Program-made: the position numbers and the translations under genes | From: Rhizaria sp. SCN 62-66 | Taxonomy: Eukaryota | DNA: 64,000 nucleotides | Reading direction: 5' to 3' | Assembly: GCA_001724265.1 (NCBI GenBank) | Contig: MEDY01000040.1 | Span: forward strand, 1-64,000 | Notes under the pieces: generated by a model | What the model saw: the letters and a program-made list of their open reading frames with translations, nothing else | Told to the model about the DNA's origin: nothing | The model's database searches: none | In this document: positions 21,750-32,632 of the stretch, piece by piece | Position numbering within the stretch: position 1 is the stretch's first letter | How the letters are laid out: the number at the start of each line of letters is the position of its first letter

Positions 21750-23183
21750 GGGGGCGGGTAGCTGCCATTGTCGCTGCCACTGCTACCACTGCTACCATTG
21801 CTACCGTTGCCGCTGTTGTTGTTGTTGTTACGGCTGTTGTTGCTGTTGCTGTTGCTGTTGTTGTTGTAGCGGGGCTGGCCGTTGTTGTTGCGTGACAGCT
21901 GCTGAGCAGACTGAGACTGAGACTGAGACTGAGACACAGGAGCAGAAACAGAGCTACGAGTCTGACTCTGGCTCTCGCTCTGGCTCTGGCTCTTAGCAGC
22001 CCCAGCGACAGAGGCGTCAGTGGCGGCGACGGTGGAGACAGCAGCAGCAGCAGCCGCAGGAGCAGGAGCAGGGACGGTGTTGCTACCGCTAGGCCCACTC
22101 TCACTCCCACTGGTAGCCTTCAAAGCCGCACTCGCTCCGGCGCTCGCAGTCGCATTCGCGGTGTTGTTGCCGTTGTTGCTGTTACTGGTGCTTGCAGTGG
22201 AGACAGGCGCCGTCTTGACGGGAGGCGCAGCGGCGATCGCGGCCCACACGCCCTTGGGCGCCTTCACAGCGGCCGCAGCGTCGCTGGCGCGGCTGGCGCT
22301 GTTGCTGCTGCTGCTGCTCTCATTCTTCTGCTCTTGCTGCTGGCGGCCGCGGTGAGCGCTGTCAGCGGACTCACTCGCCGCCTCAGCAGCGGTGGCGTTG
22401 GCGGCGCTGCGGCGGCCGCGGCCACGGCGGCCTTTGCTTTCACGGTCACCCCCGCCGCTTTCCGCAGCACTCGCGCTCGCACCAGAGTCAGCGCTGTCGG
22501 CGCTCTTGTTGCTGCAGGGCTTCGCGCCGTCCTTGGTCTCACTCTCACTGTCGGCCTTCTTGGCAGCGACGGCGGCGGCAGCAGCAGCGGCGGCGGCGGC
22601 GGCCTCAGCCTCTGCCTTGGCGGCGGCATGGGCGGCGGCGATGATGGCCGCTGCAGTCGGCGGCGCAGGCTGCGCAGCCACAGCCACAGAAGCAGTTGCG
22701 GCAGCGGCAGGCGCTGACACAGGCGCACTCGCGGCAGCTGCGGTCACAACAGCAGCAGCAGGGGCAGCCTTGGTGTTCTTGCCGCCGCCCGTGTTGCCGT
22801 TGACGGCGGCTGCGTTAACGCTGCTTGCGCTGCGGGAGCCAGAGGCGTTGCGACGCCCGTTCGCGTGGACCGTCCCGTTAGCCGCGCCAGAGTTCGCCGC
22901 AGCAGCAACAGGGACGCTGACGCTGCCGTTTCCGTTGCTGTTGTTGCTGGCGATGCTCGCGGAAGCGTTGCTGTTGCTGTTGTTGCTGGTCTTGTTGGCA
23001 GTCAGCACGCGCACTGCAGGCCCCGCCGCGTTGGAGTTACTGTTGGCGATGCCGACGCTGGCAGCGCTGCTGCTGGGAGAGACAGGCTTCACAGGGTGAC
23101 TCTGGCCCTGAGTCTGGTCCTGGCTCTGCTGAGACTGAACCTGCTGCTGAGGTTGTGGCTGGCCGCGGTTTGAACCAGAGCCA

Positions 23184-23222
<39 letters not shown>

Positions 23223-23992
23223 AGAGCACGATTGGCGCTAGCCCCACGCGCTACACGCTGCTGCTGCTGAGGCTCAGGCTGATGCTGTGGCTGAGCTTGC
23301 TGCGGCTGCTGAGACAGAGCCTGAGGCTGGGATTGAGGCTGAGGCTGAGAACGACGCGGCTGCTGCAGCTGCGGCGGCTGCTGCTGCTGCGGGTACGGAC
23401 CCAACTGCTGTTGCTGCTGCCTCTGCTGCCCGTTGCCTCTAGTGCTGTTGTTGCTAACATTGCTGTTGCTTTGGCTGTAGTGGTTGGGGGGCCGGGCACG
23501 AAGGTACGTGTACCCCTGACTGGCGTGCGCCCGCGCCGCCGCAGCCGCCGCGGCGCCTTGGGCCGTCGCCGCCGCGCGCGCCGCCGCCGTCACCGTGTCG
23601 CCGTTTTCGCCCCGCACGGGAGCAGGCGCAGACGCAGCGGAGTTCGCGGACTGGGTTTGAGACTGAGGCTGGGTTTCGTCAGAAGGCACAGCAGCAGCAG
23701 CAGCGGACTTCATAGCGGCGTTGGCGTCCGTGGCAGCAGTAGCTGCGGCGGACTGAGCGTCGTCAGAGGCAGCACCGCTGCGGCCGTGGGTCTGACCTGC
23801 AGGGGCAGCAGCAGCGGCGGCGGCGGCGGCGGCGGCCTGGGCGGCGTGAGCGCGGTCGCAATCAGCGTCCGTGACGTCGTCAGCGCTGAGAGCGGCGGCG
23901 GCCTTCGCGGCGGCGGCGGCGTTGGCCTCCTCCTCCTCCTCAGCGGCGGCGGCGGCGGCGGCGGCGAAGATGATGGCGCGAATGACGCTGTG
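20987..23992 (-). CDS. In-frame 1001-codon continuation of the CCCH gene beyond its TAG (Ala/Asn/Gln-rich, with a Q/P/Y/H prion-like C-terminal part)
   Basis: Frame is open from the codon after the TAG (23992) to TAA at 20989-20987, with the same codon and composition style as other exons. First ATG is 93 codons in, at 23713. Confidence 0.75.
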
Positions 23993-25660
23993 CTAGCTGT
24001 TGTCGCCGGCGCCGAGCGCGCGCGCCAGCGACAGAGTCAGAGCGCGGGGCAGCTCGCCCTCGCTGTCAGACTCGGCAGCGGTCGCGGTCTCAGTCGCAGT
24101 GGCACTAGCCGCACGCTCAGTCCCAGCCGCAGTGGCACTGGTGGAGTCAGGCTTGGCGTCACTGGCGGAGTCAGCGCCAGTGGGGGAGTCAGGCTTGGAC
24201 TCGGCTTCAGACTCAGTCTTGGGCTCAGCATCGGCGCCAGCGGTCGCAGCGCTACCGTCGCCGTCGCTGCCGCTGTTGCTGTTGTTGTTGTTGCTGTCAC
24301 TTGCACTCGCAGGCGCGTTGCTGGAGGTCTCCGGAGTAGCAGGCGCAGCGCCGGCCGACTCAGTCTCGCTGCCGTGCTCGCCAGCGCTCTTCTTGACTTC
24401 ACCCACCGCCGCATTGGCACTCGCTGTGTTGTGACTGTTGGCGTTGTTAGCATTGCTGTTCGAGTTGTTATGACTGCTGTTGTTGTTGTTCGACTTGTTG
24501 GCGGATGCGTTGACCGCGGCAGCACGGCGCAGCACCTCCGCCGCCGCCGCGCTGGCCGCCGCAACCACGGCCACCGGCCGGTCGCCACCAGCGCAGGGGC
24601 CCGAAACCGCGATGGCCGCGGCCGCGGCCGCGGCCACCTTGTCTCCGTTCGCCGCCGCGGCCGCAGCTGCCGCGGCCGCCGCGGGCGAGGGCGGCGCGAT
24701 GCCGGCGCCGTTGGTGCGCGCCAGCGCGGCTGTGATGATTGTCACGGCGTCGGGGGACTCGGCAAGCTGCTTCGCGGTGAGGCCGGTCGCCGAGGTCACC
24801 GCGGCCACGGCGGCGGCGCGCGCGGCGGCGGCGGCGGCGGCGCGGGCCGGCGCGGAGGTCGTGATGACGGCGGCGGCGGCGAGCGGGCGGGCCGTCGTGA
24901 CGACCGCCGTGCCGTGGGGCGCGGAGGGAACGGGGCCGAACGTGCGCTCGACGCGGACGATGTTTTCGCTGGGGGAGACGAACCACGTCTGCGTGTCGTT
25001 GTTGACGCGGAACTCATCGTGCAAGTACGTGCAGCGCGCGCCGAACTGGCACGTGCCGGTCCGGTGGAAGTTCTCGCAGGGAGTCGTCTTGTACTTAATG
25101 TGGTACGCACGCGGGCGCATGTCGTCGTAGCCGTGGGCGAAGCGGCAGTTGGACTCGTAGGCACAGTGGCCCTTGCGGAAAGAACGGCAAAACTCGGTTT
25201 TGTAGTTCTCTTCGACGATGTTCGGCGCTGAGGACGAGGAGGAGTGACCGTGAGCGCCGTGAGTACCGCCGTGCTTGCCGTGATGGTGACCGTGATGGCC
25301 GTGACCGTGGCCGTGATTGTTGTTGTTGTTGTTGCTGCCAGACGTGTTGGAGCTGTTCCCAGAGCTGCCGTTGCCGTTGCCGTTGCCGTTGCTACTGTTA
25401 GAGTTGGGGACAACAACAATGCCGCCGCCACGGGCGCGGTACGGCACCGCGTGCGGGGCAGCCGTCGTCGTCGTCGTCGATGTCGCACCGTGACCGTGAG
25501 ACAGCGGAGGGTGACTGTGAACAGGGCTGCCACGGGGGCTGCTGTTGCTGTTGTTGTTGTTGTTGTTCTGATTTGCCATGACAACGACGGGAGAGGAAGG
25601 GGAGCCAGAGCGGGAGCCAGGGCCACTGGAGGGAGCACCGGTCGCAGTAGCAGAGGGCAT
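23993..25660 (-). CDS. Tandem CCCH zinc-finger RNA-binding protein, TTP/ZFP36 type (555 aa to the TAG)
   Basis: NYKTEFC-x7-C-x5-C-x3-H, an 18-aa linker ending KYKTTP, then C-x8-C-x5-C-x3-H (about 25015-25205). ATG 25660 is uncertain: an acceptor-like CAG at 25740-25738 and a GTATG at 26018 suggest an upstream intron. Confidence 0.88.
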   Translation of the reverse strand: MPSATATGAPSSGPGSRSGSPSSPVVVMANQNNNNNNSNSSPRGSPVHSHPPLSHGHGATSTTTTTAAPHAVPYRARGGGIVVVPNSNSSNGNGNGNGSSGNSSNTSGSNNNNNNHGHGHGHHGHHHGKHGGTHGAHGHSSSSSAPNIVEENYKTEFCRSFRKGHCAYESNCRFAHGYDDMRPRAYHIKYKTTPCENFHRTGTCQFGARCTYLHDEFRVNNDTQTWFVSPSENIVRVERTFGPVPSAPHGTAVVTTARPLAAAAVITTSAPARAAAAAAARAAAVAAVTSATGLTAKQLAESPDAVTIITAALARTNGAGIAPPSPAAAAAAAAAAANGDKVAAAAAAAIAVSGPCAGGDRPVAVVAAASAAAAEVLRRAAAVNASANKSNNNNSSHNNSNSNANNANSHNTASANAAVGEVKKSAGEHGSETESAGAAPATPETSSNAPASASDSNNNNSNSGSDGDGSAATAGADAEPKTESEAESKPDSPTGADSASDAKPDSTSATAAGTERAASATATETATAAESDSEGELPRALTLSLARALGAGDNS

Positions 25661-28137
25661 GAGGGTAGAAACGGGGGCAGAAATGGTGCCTTGTAGTTGT
25701 GGGGCTGGGGCGGTGACGCCAGCGGTGACTTCCGAGCCTGCGGGGGAGGTTATGCAGTAAAAATTGGCAAAAACAGGGGAGATGTGAGTCGGAGAAAATA
25801 CTAGGGTGCGTTGTAGCATAATATGCGCAGTTTGTAGCACATTCATGCGCATATAGTATGCGAAAGATAACTGGCTGAGCACTGCATTGCGTTTGTGGTG
25901 GGATTGGAGCAGCTAAGCAAAGAGCAGCGTAATCAAGTGCCGTGTCCCATTCACTGCGCACATGCAGTTGCAGCAGCGCAAGTTAGTATGCACACAGGCT
26001 AATACGGTCACAACATACGAGGTTGTGCCGAAAATGGCTTGTTGTAGCGGCGTGCTCGGAGTTCGGGGGTTGAGATTTTGCAAGCGCATGTGTGGCCTGA
26101 ACAAGATGAATTCGGCAATAAAAATAACACAAACAACAATTTTCAACACGAATACACGGTGATACTATTTGCTATAGAAACAATGGTGACGTTCTGTGGG
26201 CCACATACCGAATAAGCCCGGTTGGGTCGCTGACATCAGGTTCTGCGGAAAAGAGGTGTCAAAGCAGGGCCGTTTTGAAGGATAGAGTGAGTCACCGTAA
26301 AATATTACACGCATTAGAGATAGAAAACGCACGATTATGTATAATTCTTGTGATGATATGCATCTTGACGGTGTTACACCCGCGCGTTGCAAAGTTACAA
26401 TCGCTCACCTCGTCAAGCATTCCGGTCGAGTTCGTTCGTGGTGTGGCTACGGTTGTCACGACTCACCAATTGAAGAAATCGTGGCTAAAACCCGGTCTAA
26501 TGATGTCAGTAGAGATTGATTCTGAGATACGCTTTATATTTACTTGCGGCAATAACGAAAACATAATATTCATTTGTTGAGAGTGATATATATATTGTGA
26601 TTTCGGCGGGGCGGAACGCTTGTTCGGTCCTCAAGATTGACATGACGATGGTCATCTGCATCGACAAGCACGGTATAAGAACAAGCCCCAACTCTTCAAA
26701 CAAGTTTCAGTGATCATGATAGTTGCCGAAACCACAGGATACGCATTCTGGCGTGCATACCCTTTGAAACATCACAACTGCGTGACTTGATGACGAAATG
26801 CAGTCAGCACCTGCGCTCTGCTCGACTCGGCATGCGCACGTGTTGGTGGTGGCACGGATGTATGAGTCAAGGAGGCGGCATCAGCTGGTAAACAGTACTG
26901 CTGACGTCACACAGAATGATCAAGGAAACAATTTCAGTCGCGATTCAGCTCCAATACTAGTATGCTGCTCCTCACGAGATGATGCTCCGCGTGACCTCGA
27001 ACACGCTGACCACCTGCACAGTACACCGACTTCATCACACTGCTTCGCAACTTTCCGCTCCTTACAAATCTCAATGTACATTTCATCGGATTGTTTGTGT
27101 TTTGGAAAAGTGTGTCCTTATGAAATATGTTATATGCGGAGTAAGCTTAACGTTCGTACTCGTTTGATATGATCGCATCTCCACAGATCCACGACCAGCA
27201 GAGAAGCGCCACGTTCAACAAAAATCCAATAGCAAACAACAACGAACAGAACAACGACCAACAATAGCAACAACAACATCTTCACACGTTCTTATCAAAA
27301 GACCCACTAGCGCGGTGTCGCGGCTTCCTTGCCCGCCGCACGTTATTTGACACCATGAAATAACTAACAGTTTCTCCCAATCCGGGACCAACCGTGGGCT
27401 ACGAATGACAAGTCGCGTCGTCGCCGGCTGAACCGACCAACAGGTTGATTTGTGAGAATGCTCGATACCAGTGGGGAGCGGTCAAAGCGATGAGTTTGCC
27501 TCCATTAAGATGGTGGGTTCCGCCTTACAAAACCGCCAAAAGATAGATAGCACTTGTACAACACTCACCGAAATAACAGCAAATTTTAGGAGCAGCACTT
27601 TTGAGACACATGAAGCTTTACGAACCACTTTTCTGCCTGCCTGCCTGAGGATTGAGGTAACCAATGATGTGGGCAGGACCGAAAAATGTGTTGGCCGGCT
27701 GACCGCGACGACAGGCCTCTGCGACTTGCTACTTTGAGTCTCCATATCTTCCTCCGTACAACGTCAATTGAGAAGTTTTGAAGATCTGACGGCACATATC
27801 ACGCTAATATGCCTTAATTCCTTTTTGTATTGCACCAATGGCTGTGTTGGTGTCACGAGTGCCAATTTTGATTCTTTCCTCATCTGTGACGCTCGTGACC
27901 ACTCCCTTCCCAAAGCCTGGATTTACCGCTCCACCAGCATTCTCACGCGAACAATTTCTTCCATATTCACCCACACGACCCCATTGCCTATTATTATAGC
28001 CCTGTTACAGCGCGTGTAACGTTCTTTATCTTGTCCGGCAGACGCCTCAACGTATCGCAAGCGTCGTCGACTTCGATCTCTTTCCTCCTCGACCCGCGTC
28101 CAACCGCTCTGCGTGCAGGCCTCACTGTTGTTGACCG

Positions 28138-31100
28138 ATGAGCTCCGCAGCCGCCGCTGCTGCGGCCTCCATTAACGCCGCTGCAGCCTCGTCTGCGCAG
28201 CCATCGCCGCAGTCCCCCTCTGCCCCCGCCGCGGGCCCTGTGGTTTACTCGACCATGTCCAAGCGCACAATTACCGTCCCCACAGTCTCGGACGCACTCA
28301 AGGCTATCCCGGTGTTCTCCGCGCAGCTCGAGCAGGCCGTGGCCGAGGCTGTGCCCGATAAGGCGCACGACCCGCTCTACGCCGCCGACTTTGACCCCAT
28401 CGCATACCTCAACAAAGCCGTACGTCCTCTGCTCCACCAACGCAACAACAACATTTCATCATTAAGCGTTCTATCTTGATGCATCTTGACTTCCAGAGTA
28501 TGATTTTAAACCAAGTTATCAACATCGCCTTAATTTAGCTAACAATTCTCTTTTGACATCTTCATTCTATGCTCTCTGCTCTATTCTTTGTTTTCTATTC
28601 TCTTCTATTTTCCTCCGCTCTGTTTAGTTCCCCGACGAGCAGTCTCTGTCTGGCGGCAAGCTCGACTCATTCCTCCTCAGCGTGCGCCGCGACATTGCCA
28701 CGCTCAACGAGACAGCCCGCGTCGAGGTGCGTGCGCACTCCGACTCGCGTTCGCAGACCCAGACCGCGCTTGTCTCTGCCTCGTCATCTATCGCCCAGCT
28801 TTCCTCCCGGATCTCGGACATCAAGGCCAAGGCGCTGCAGTCCGAAGCCATGGTGCACGGCATCTGCCGTGACATCACCGCGCTCGACCACGCCAAGCGC
28901 CATATCCGCGCCACCGTCACCGCGCTGCGCAACCTGCACATGCTCGTGACGGCGCTGACGCATCTTAAGGCGCGCACGGACCGCCGCGACTTCGCAGAGG
29001 CCGCGCGCCTCTTGGCCGCAGTGGGCGATCTCTTCACCCTGTTCGAGCCCTACCGCAGCGTGCCCAAAGTGCGCGACCTCCGCGCGCAGGCCAACGGACT
29101 GCGCGACCAGCTCCGCGTGCTTGCGCTCGGCGACCTCAAGTCCGCGCTGCTAACCACCGCGCCGTCTGCGAGCTACGACGACGTGGCGCCGCACTTGCAC
29201 AACGCGTGTCTGGTGCTCGACGCGCTTCCGGCGCAGCACAAGCGCGCGTTCCTGACCGCGTTTCTCCGACAGCAGCTGGAGCAGTACGAGCAGCTCTTCG
29301 GGCCCCGGTCTGATGCGTACACTGTGGAGGCTATCCCGCGTCGGTACGCGTGGGTGCGCCGCGAAGCCAAGGCGTTTGACGAGAAGTTCGGCGCGGTGTT
29401 CCCGCAGTCGTGGCATGTGCCCGCGCGGCTGATGCAGGAGTTCTGCGTCGTCACGCGGACCCACATCTCCGCGCTGCTGCAGTCGTCGCCGCACGGGGCG
29501 TACGCGCTCATGGACGTCACGGCCACGGGCGCCGGCGCGGGCCCCGTTGCGGCCGCGGCGGCGAACAAGCCAGGCCCGACGGTGCCCGGCAAGGCGCTCT
29601 TTGGCGGCGCGATCCGCGTGCCTTCGCTCACCAGCAACAGCAGCAGTTCTTCTAGCTCTGCGCCCACTGGCGCTGGCGCTGGCACGGGCGCGTCTGCTGC
29701 TGCGGGCGGCGAGACCGGCGCGGGCAGCGCCGCTGGCAACGCTGATGACGACTCTGGCCCGCTCACGGCGAGTGACATCGGTCTGTCATCCGGGTTACCG
29801 CCTGTTTCCGACGCGGACGTGGCACTGCTGACGTCATCCATGCTAAAAACGGTCGAGTTCGAGCGTGAACTCACCAACAAGTTCAAGGACTGCCTGCCTC
29901 CGTCGCCCACCAACAGCGCCGCCAACAACGCCTCTGGTCCCGGCGGCGCGGGCGACAGCAGCAGCACTTCTAGCGGTGCTGACTCGGCTTCATCGGTCAA
30001 GACGCCCGTGCTCGTGACGATGGCGACCGGCACCACGGTCACCCCCGCGGCCGCCGCGATGGCCGCCGAGCCCACGGGCGCGAGCGTGGCTTTCACCGTC
30101 ACATTCGAGCGCGCTATCTCGGGCTGCTTCGTGCCGTACCTGGGCGGCCTCGTCTTCACAGAGCGCCGCCAGCTCAATGAGCTCCTGGACCGCATCTCCC
30201 GCGACGAGCAGTGGACCGGACCGCTGCCGCCCGCCGCCTCGGACGCCGACGCCGTGCGGCCGTCGCAGGAGCAGCAGGACCCCGAGGCGACGGGCGGCGA
30301 GCGCTGGCTCAAGCCGCGGCACCGCTTCGCTGGCGCGGACGAGCTGTTCCTGTACTACAAGAAGTCGATGTCGCACTGCGCCAAGCTCACCACGGAGGCG
30401 CCGTTCCTCGCGCTGGCCAAGGAATACTTGCGCTCGCTCGACCAGTACGCAGTGCTGCTCGAGTCGCGGACGCGGCGCCGCGAGGGACGCGCGCTCACGC
30501 GCGCCGAGCGCATCACGGCGTGCCTCGCGATCAACACGGCCGAGGGGATCGTTGAGGTGCTGCCGAGCTTCCTCGAGTCCATCACGGCCAAGATTGCGCC
30601 CGCGCTGGCGGATAAGGTCACTGCGGCGGCGCAGTCGGAGCGGTTCGAAGCCCTCGCGTCGCGCGCGATTGCGTCCTTGGTGTCCTCGCTGCTGGCGCGC
30701 GTCGGTGTCAAGCTGCACTCGATTTCGCGGACCAACTGGGGCGCGTTTGACGCCGTGGGCGACTGCTCGTTGTTTATCAGCCAGACCGTCGCTGCGCTCC
30801 ACGACGAGCTCGCGCTGCCGGCGACACTGCTGAGTCCTAAGTACCACGCGTTCCTCTGCGCGCAGGCCTCCGCGGGCGTTCTCACGGCGTATCGTGGCGA
30901 GCTGTTCCGCGCGCGCAACGTTGCCGCCGCGGCGGCGCAGCAGCTCGCCGTCGACCTCCAGTCGCTCCGCACGGGGCTGCTCGACGCGCCCGGCGTGTTT
31001 TTCGACACCAACACGTGCACGATCGGCATGCGCACCCCCGCGTCCCGCGCGTCCGCGCGCATGTACTCGCGCTCCGTGTCGCGCGAGCTCGGCCACATCG

Positions 31101-31564
31101 AGACGTTGATCAAGGTGCTGGGCGCGCCGAACGAGATGCTGGTGCCGCAGTTCCGCCTGCTTTTCCCCAACTCTGGCCCCGCGGACCTGCGCGCTGTGAT
31201 GGAGCTGCGGCCGCCGTTCCCGGCCGCGGGCGCCGCCGCCAACGCGATCCGCGCGCTTGAGGAAGAGATCGCCACCGCGGGCGGGCTGGTTGAGCCCGGG
31301 TCCGGCGCCAGCGCGGTGTTTACGGCCGGGCAGAGCGGGAGCACGGCACAGAGCGCGGCCGGCAGCAGCGGCGTCGGCGGGCTCGCCAGCAGCGCAAACG
31401 ACCTCTTTGCGGCGGCGTTGGGCGGTAGGAACCGCGGCGGCGGCGGCGGCGGCGGTGGCGATGCCGGCAACAACGGCGGGGCCAACGGCGCCGCCGGCGG
31501 TGGCGGCAAGGATGACTCTAAGAGGGGCGCGCTCGGACGGTTCATGTCCAGGGTCATGAACTAA
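28138..31564 (+). CDS. VPS53: GARP/EARP complex subunit VPS53 (about 1072 aa, 2 exons)
   Basis: Exons 28138-28419 and 28628-31564 give DPLYAADFDPIAYLNKA|FPDEQSL. Also SEAMVHGICRDITALDHAKRHI..TVTALRNLHMLV, RRYAWVRR, FPQSWHV, QQLAVDLQSLR. Confidence 0.93.
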
Positions 31565-32632
31565 GAGCCAATGACAAGCGTCAACAAAGCGCATGCATAT
31601 GTGTCTGGTATGATCTGCGCAGAGATCTTCTTGGGGAGGCGGGCGATTTTGTTGCTGTTTTGAGAGAATTTAGTGTTTTTGTTCGTGTTTTTGTTCGTAA
31701 TTTGAATTTACGCGATTATTAGTGTAATAAACATCAACTTCAAAGAAGTACTAGTATGACTGGCGGACGCTCGTGCTCTCGCTCTCGGTGACCGGCTAAT
31801 TAGGCGCGGATGCAAAGATCCCGTCGTCGACTGATGTGCGCGCACTTGACGTCGATGAACACCGAGCCGGCGCGGGCGCTGCTCGCAGAACTGCAGCCTT
31901 GCGCCGAAAGATGCTGATTGTTGCTGCCATTTTACACCATATTTCTTCTTATTACGCCTTCTCTTTCAGTAATAACAGACATTCGTGCACCAGAGTCAAT
32001 TGAGATGCTTATTTATAGAGTAGGCGTTGATTGAATGAAGTTTGTGTATTGTTTTTGTTGTTGCTGTTTGGTGAAGGACGCGTACTAGTGTCTCTTGCTT
32101 TTGTTGTCGTGAACAAGCTAGGAATCGGTATTTTGAGATTATGACTACATGTATGAGATTATGACTAGAGATTATGACTATAAAAAAACAGGGATGTGAA
32201 TATTGAGAAGGGGATATGCATTCAAATACAGTTACACTATCGATGAAACATAAATACAATACAAAAGAAAACAAGCCAGAACTATTACAACATTCAAATC
32301 ACGAATGAGATTAAACTAGACAAAAGAAAAGAAACGGAACGAGGAGGAACACAGTTACCTACTCCGCAGTTTTGTTGTCACACACCAGAGATGTCATAAA
32401 TATTTACGTCGTATTCATGCACAAACAGAAAAAGCAAAAACACATATAAAAACCAAGGAGCAGATAAAATCTGTTTTAAAATTTGTTGTTTCAAATTGAA
32501 CCGTCGCATAATGCTCTCTAGAGCATGCAAGCGCATCTCTAAGTACACCACGTACTTAACCATAGCCGACGCAAGGAAGGGGACGTAATTACCACTAGCT
32601 CTCATGTAAGTACCCTTTGGGCGTCCACTTAC

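Noticed and set aside
25900-28100. Hidden gene or transposon in the 2.2-kb divergent spacer
   Set aside because: Only short ORFs without codon bias or domains; no terminal repeats or recognisable RNA gene.
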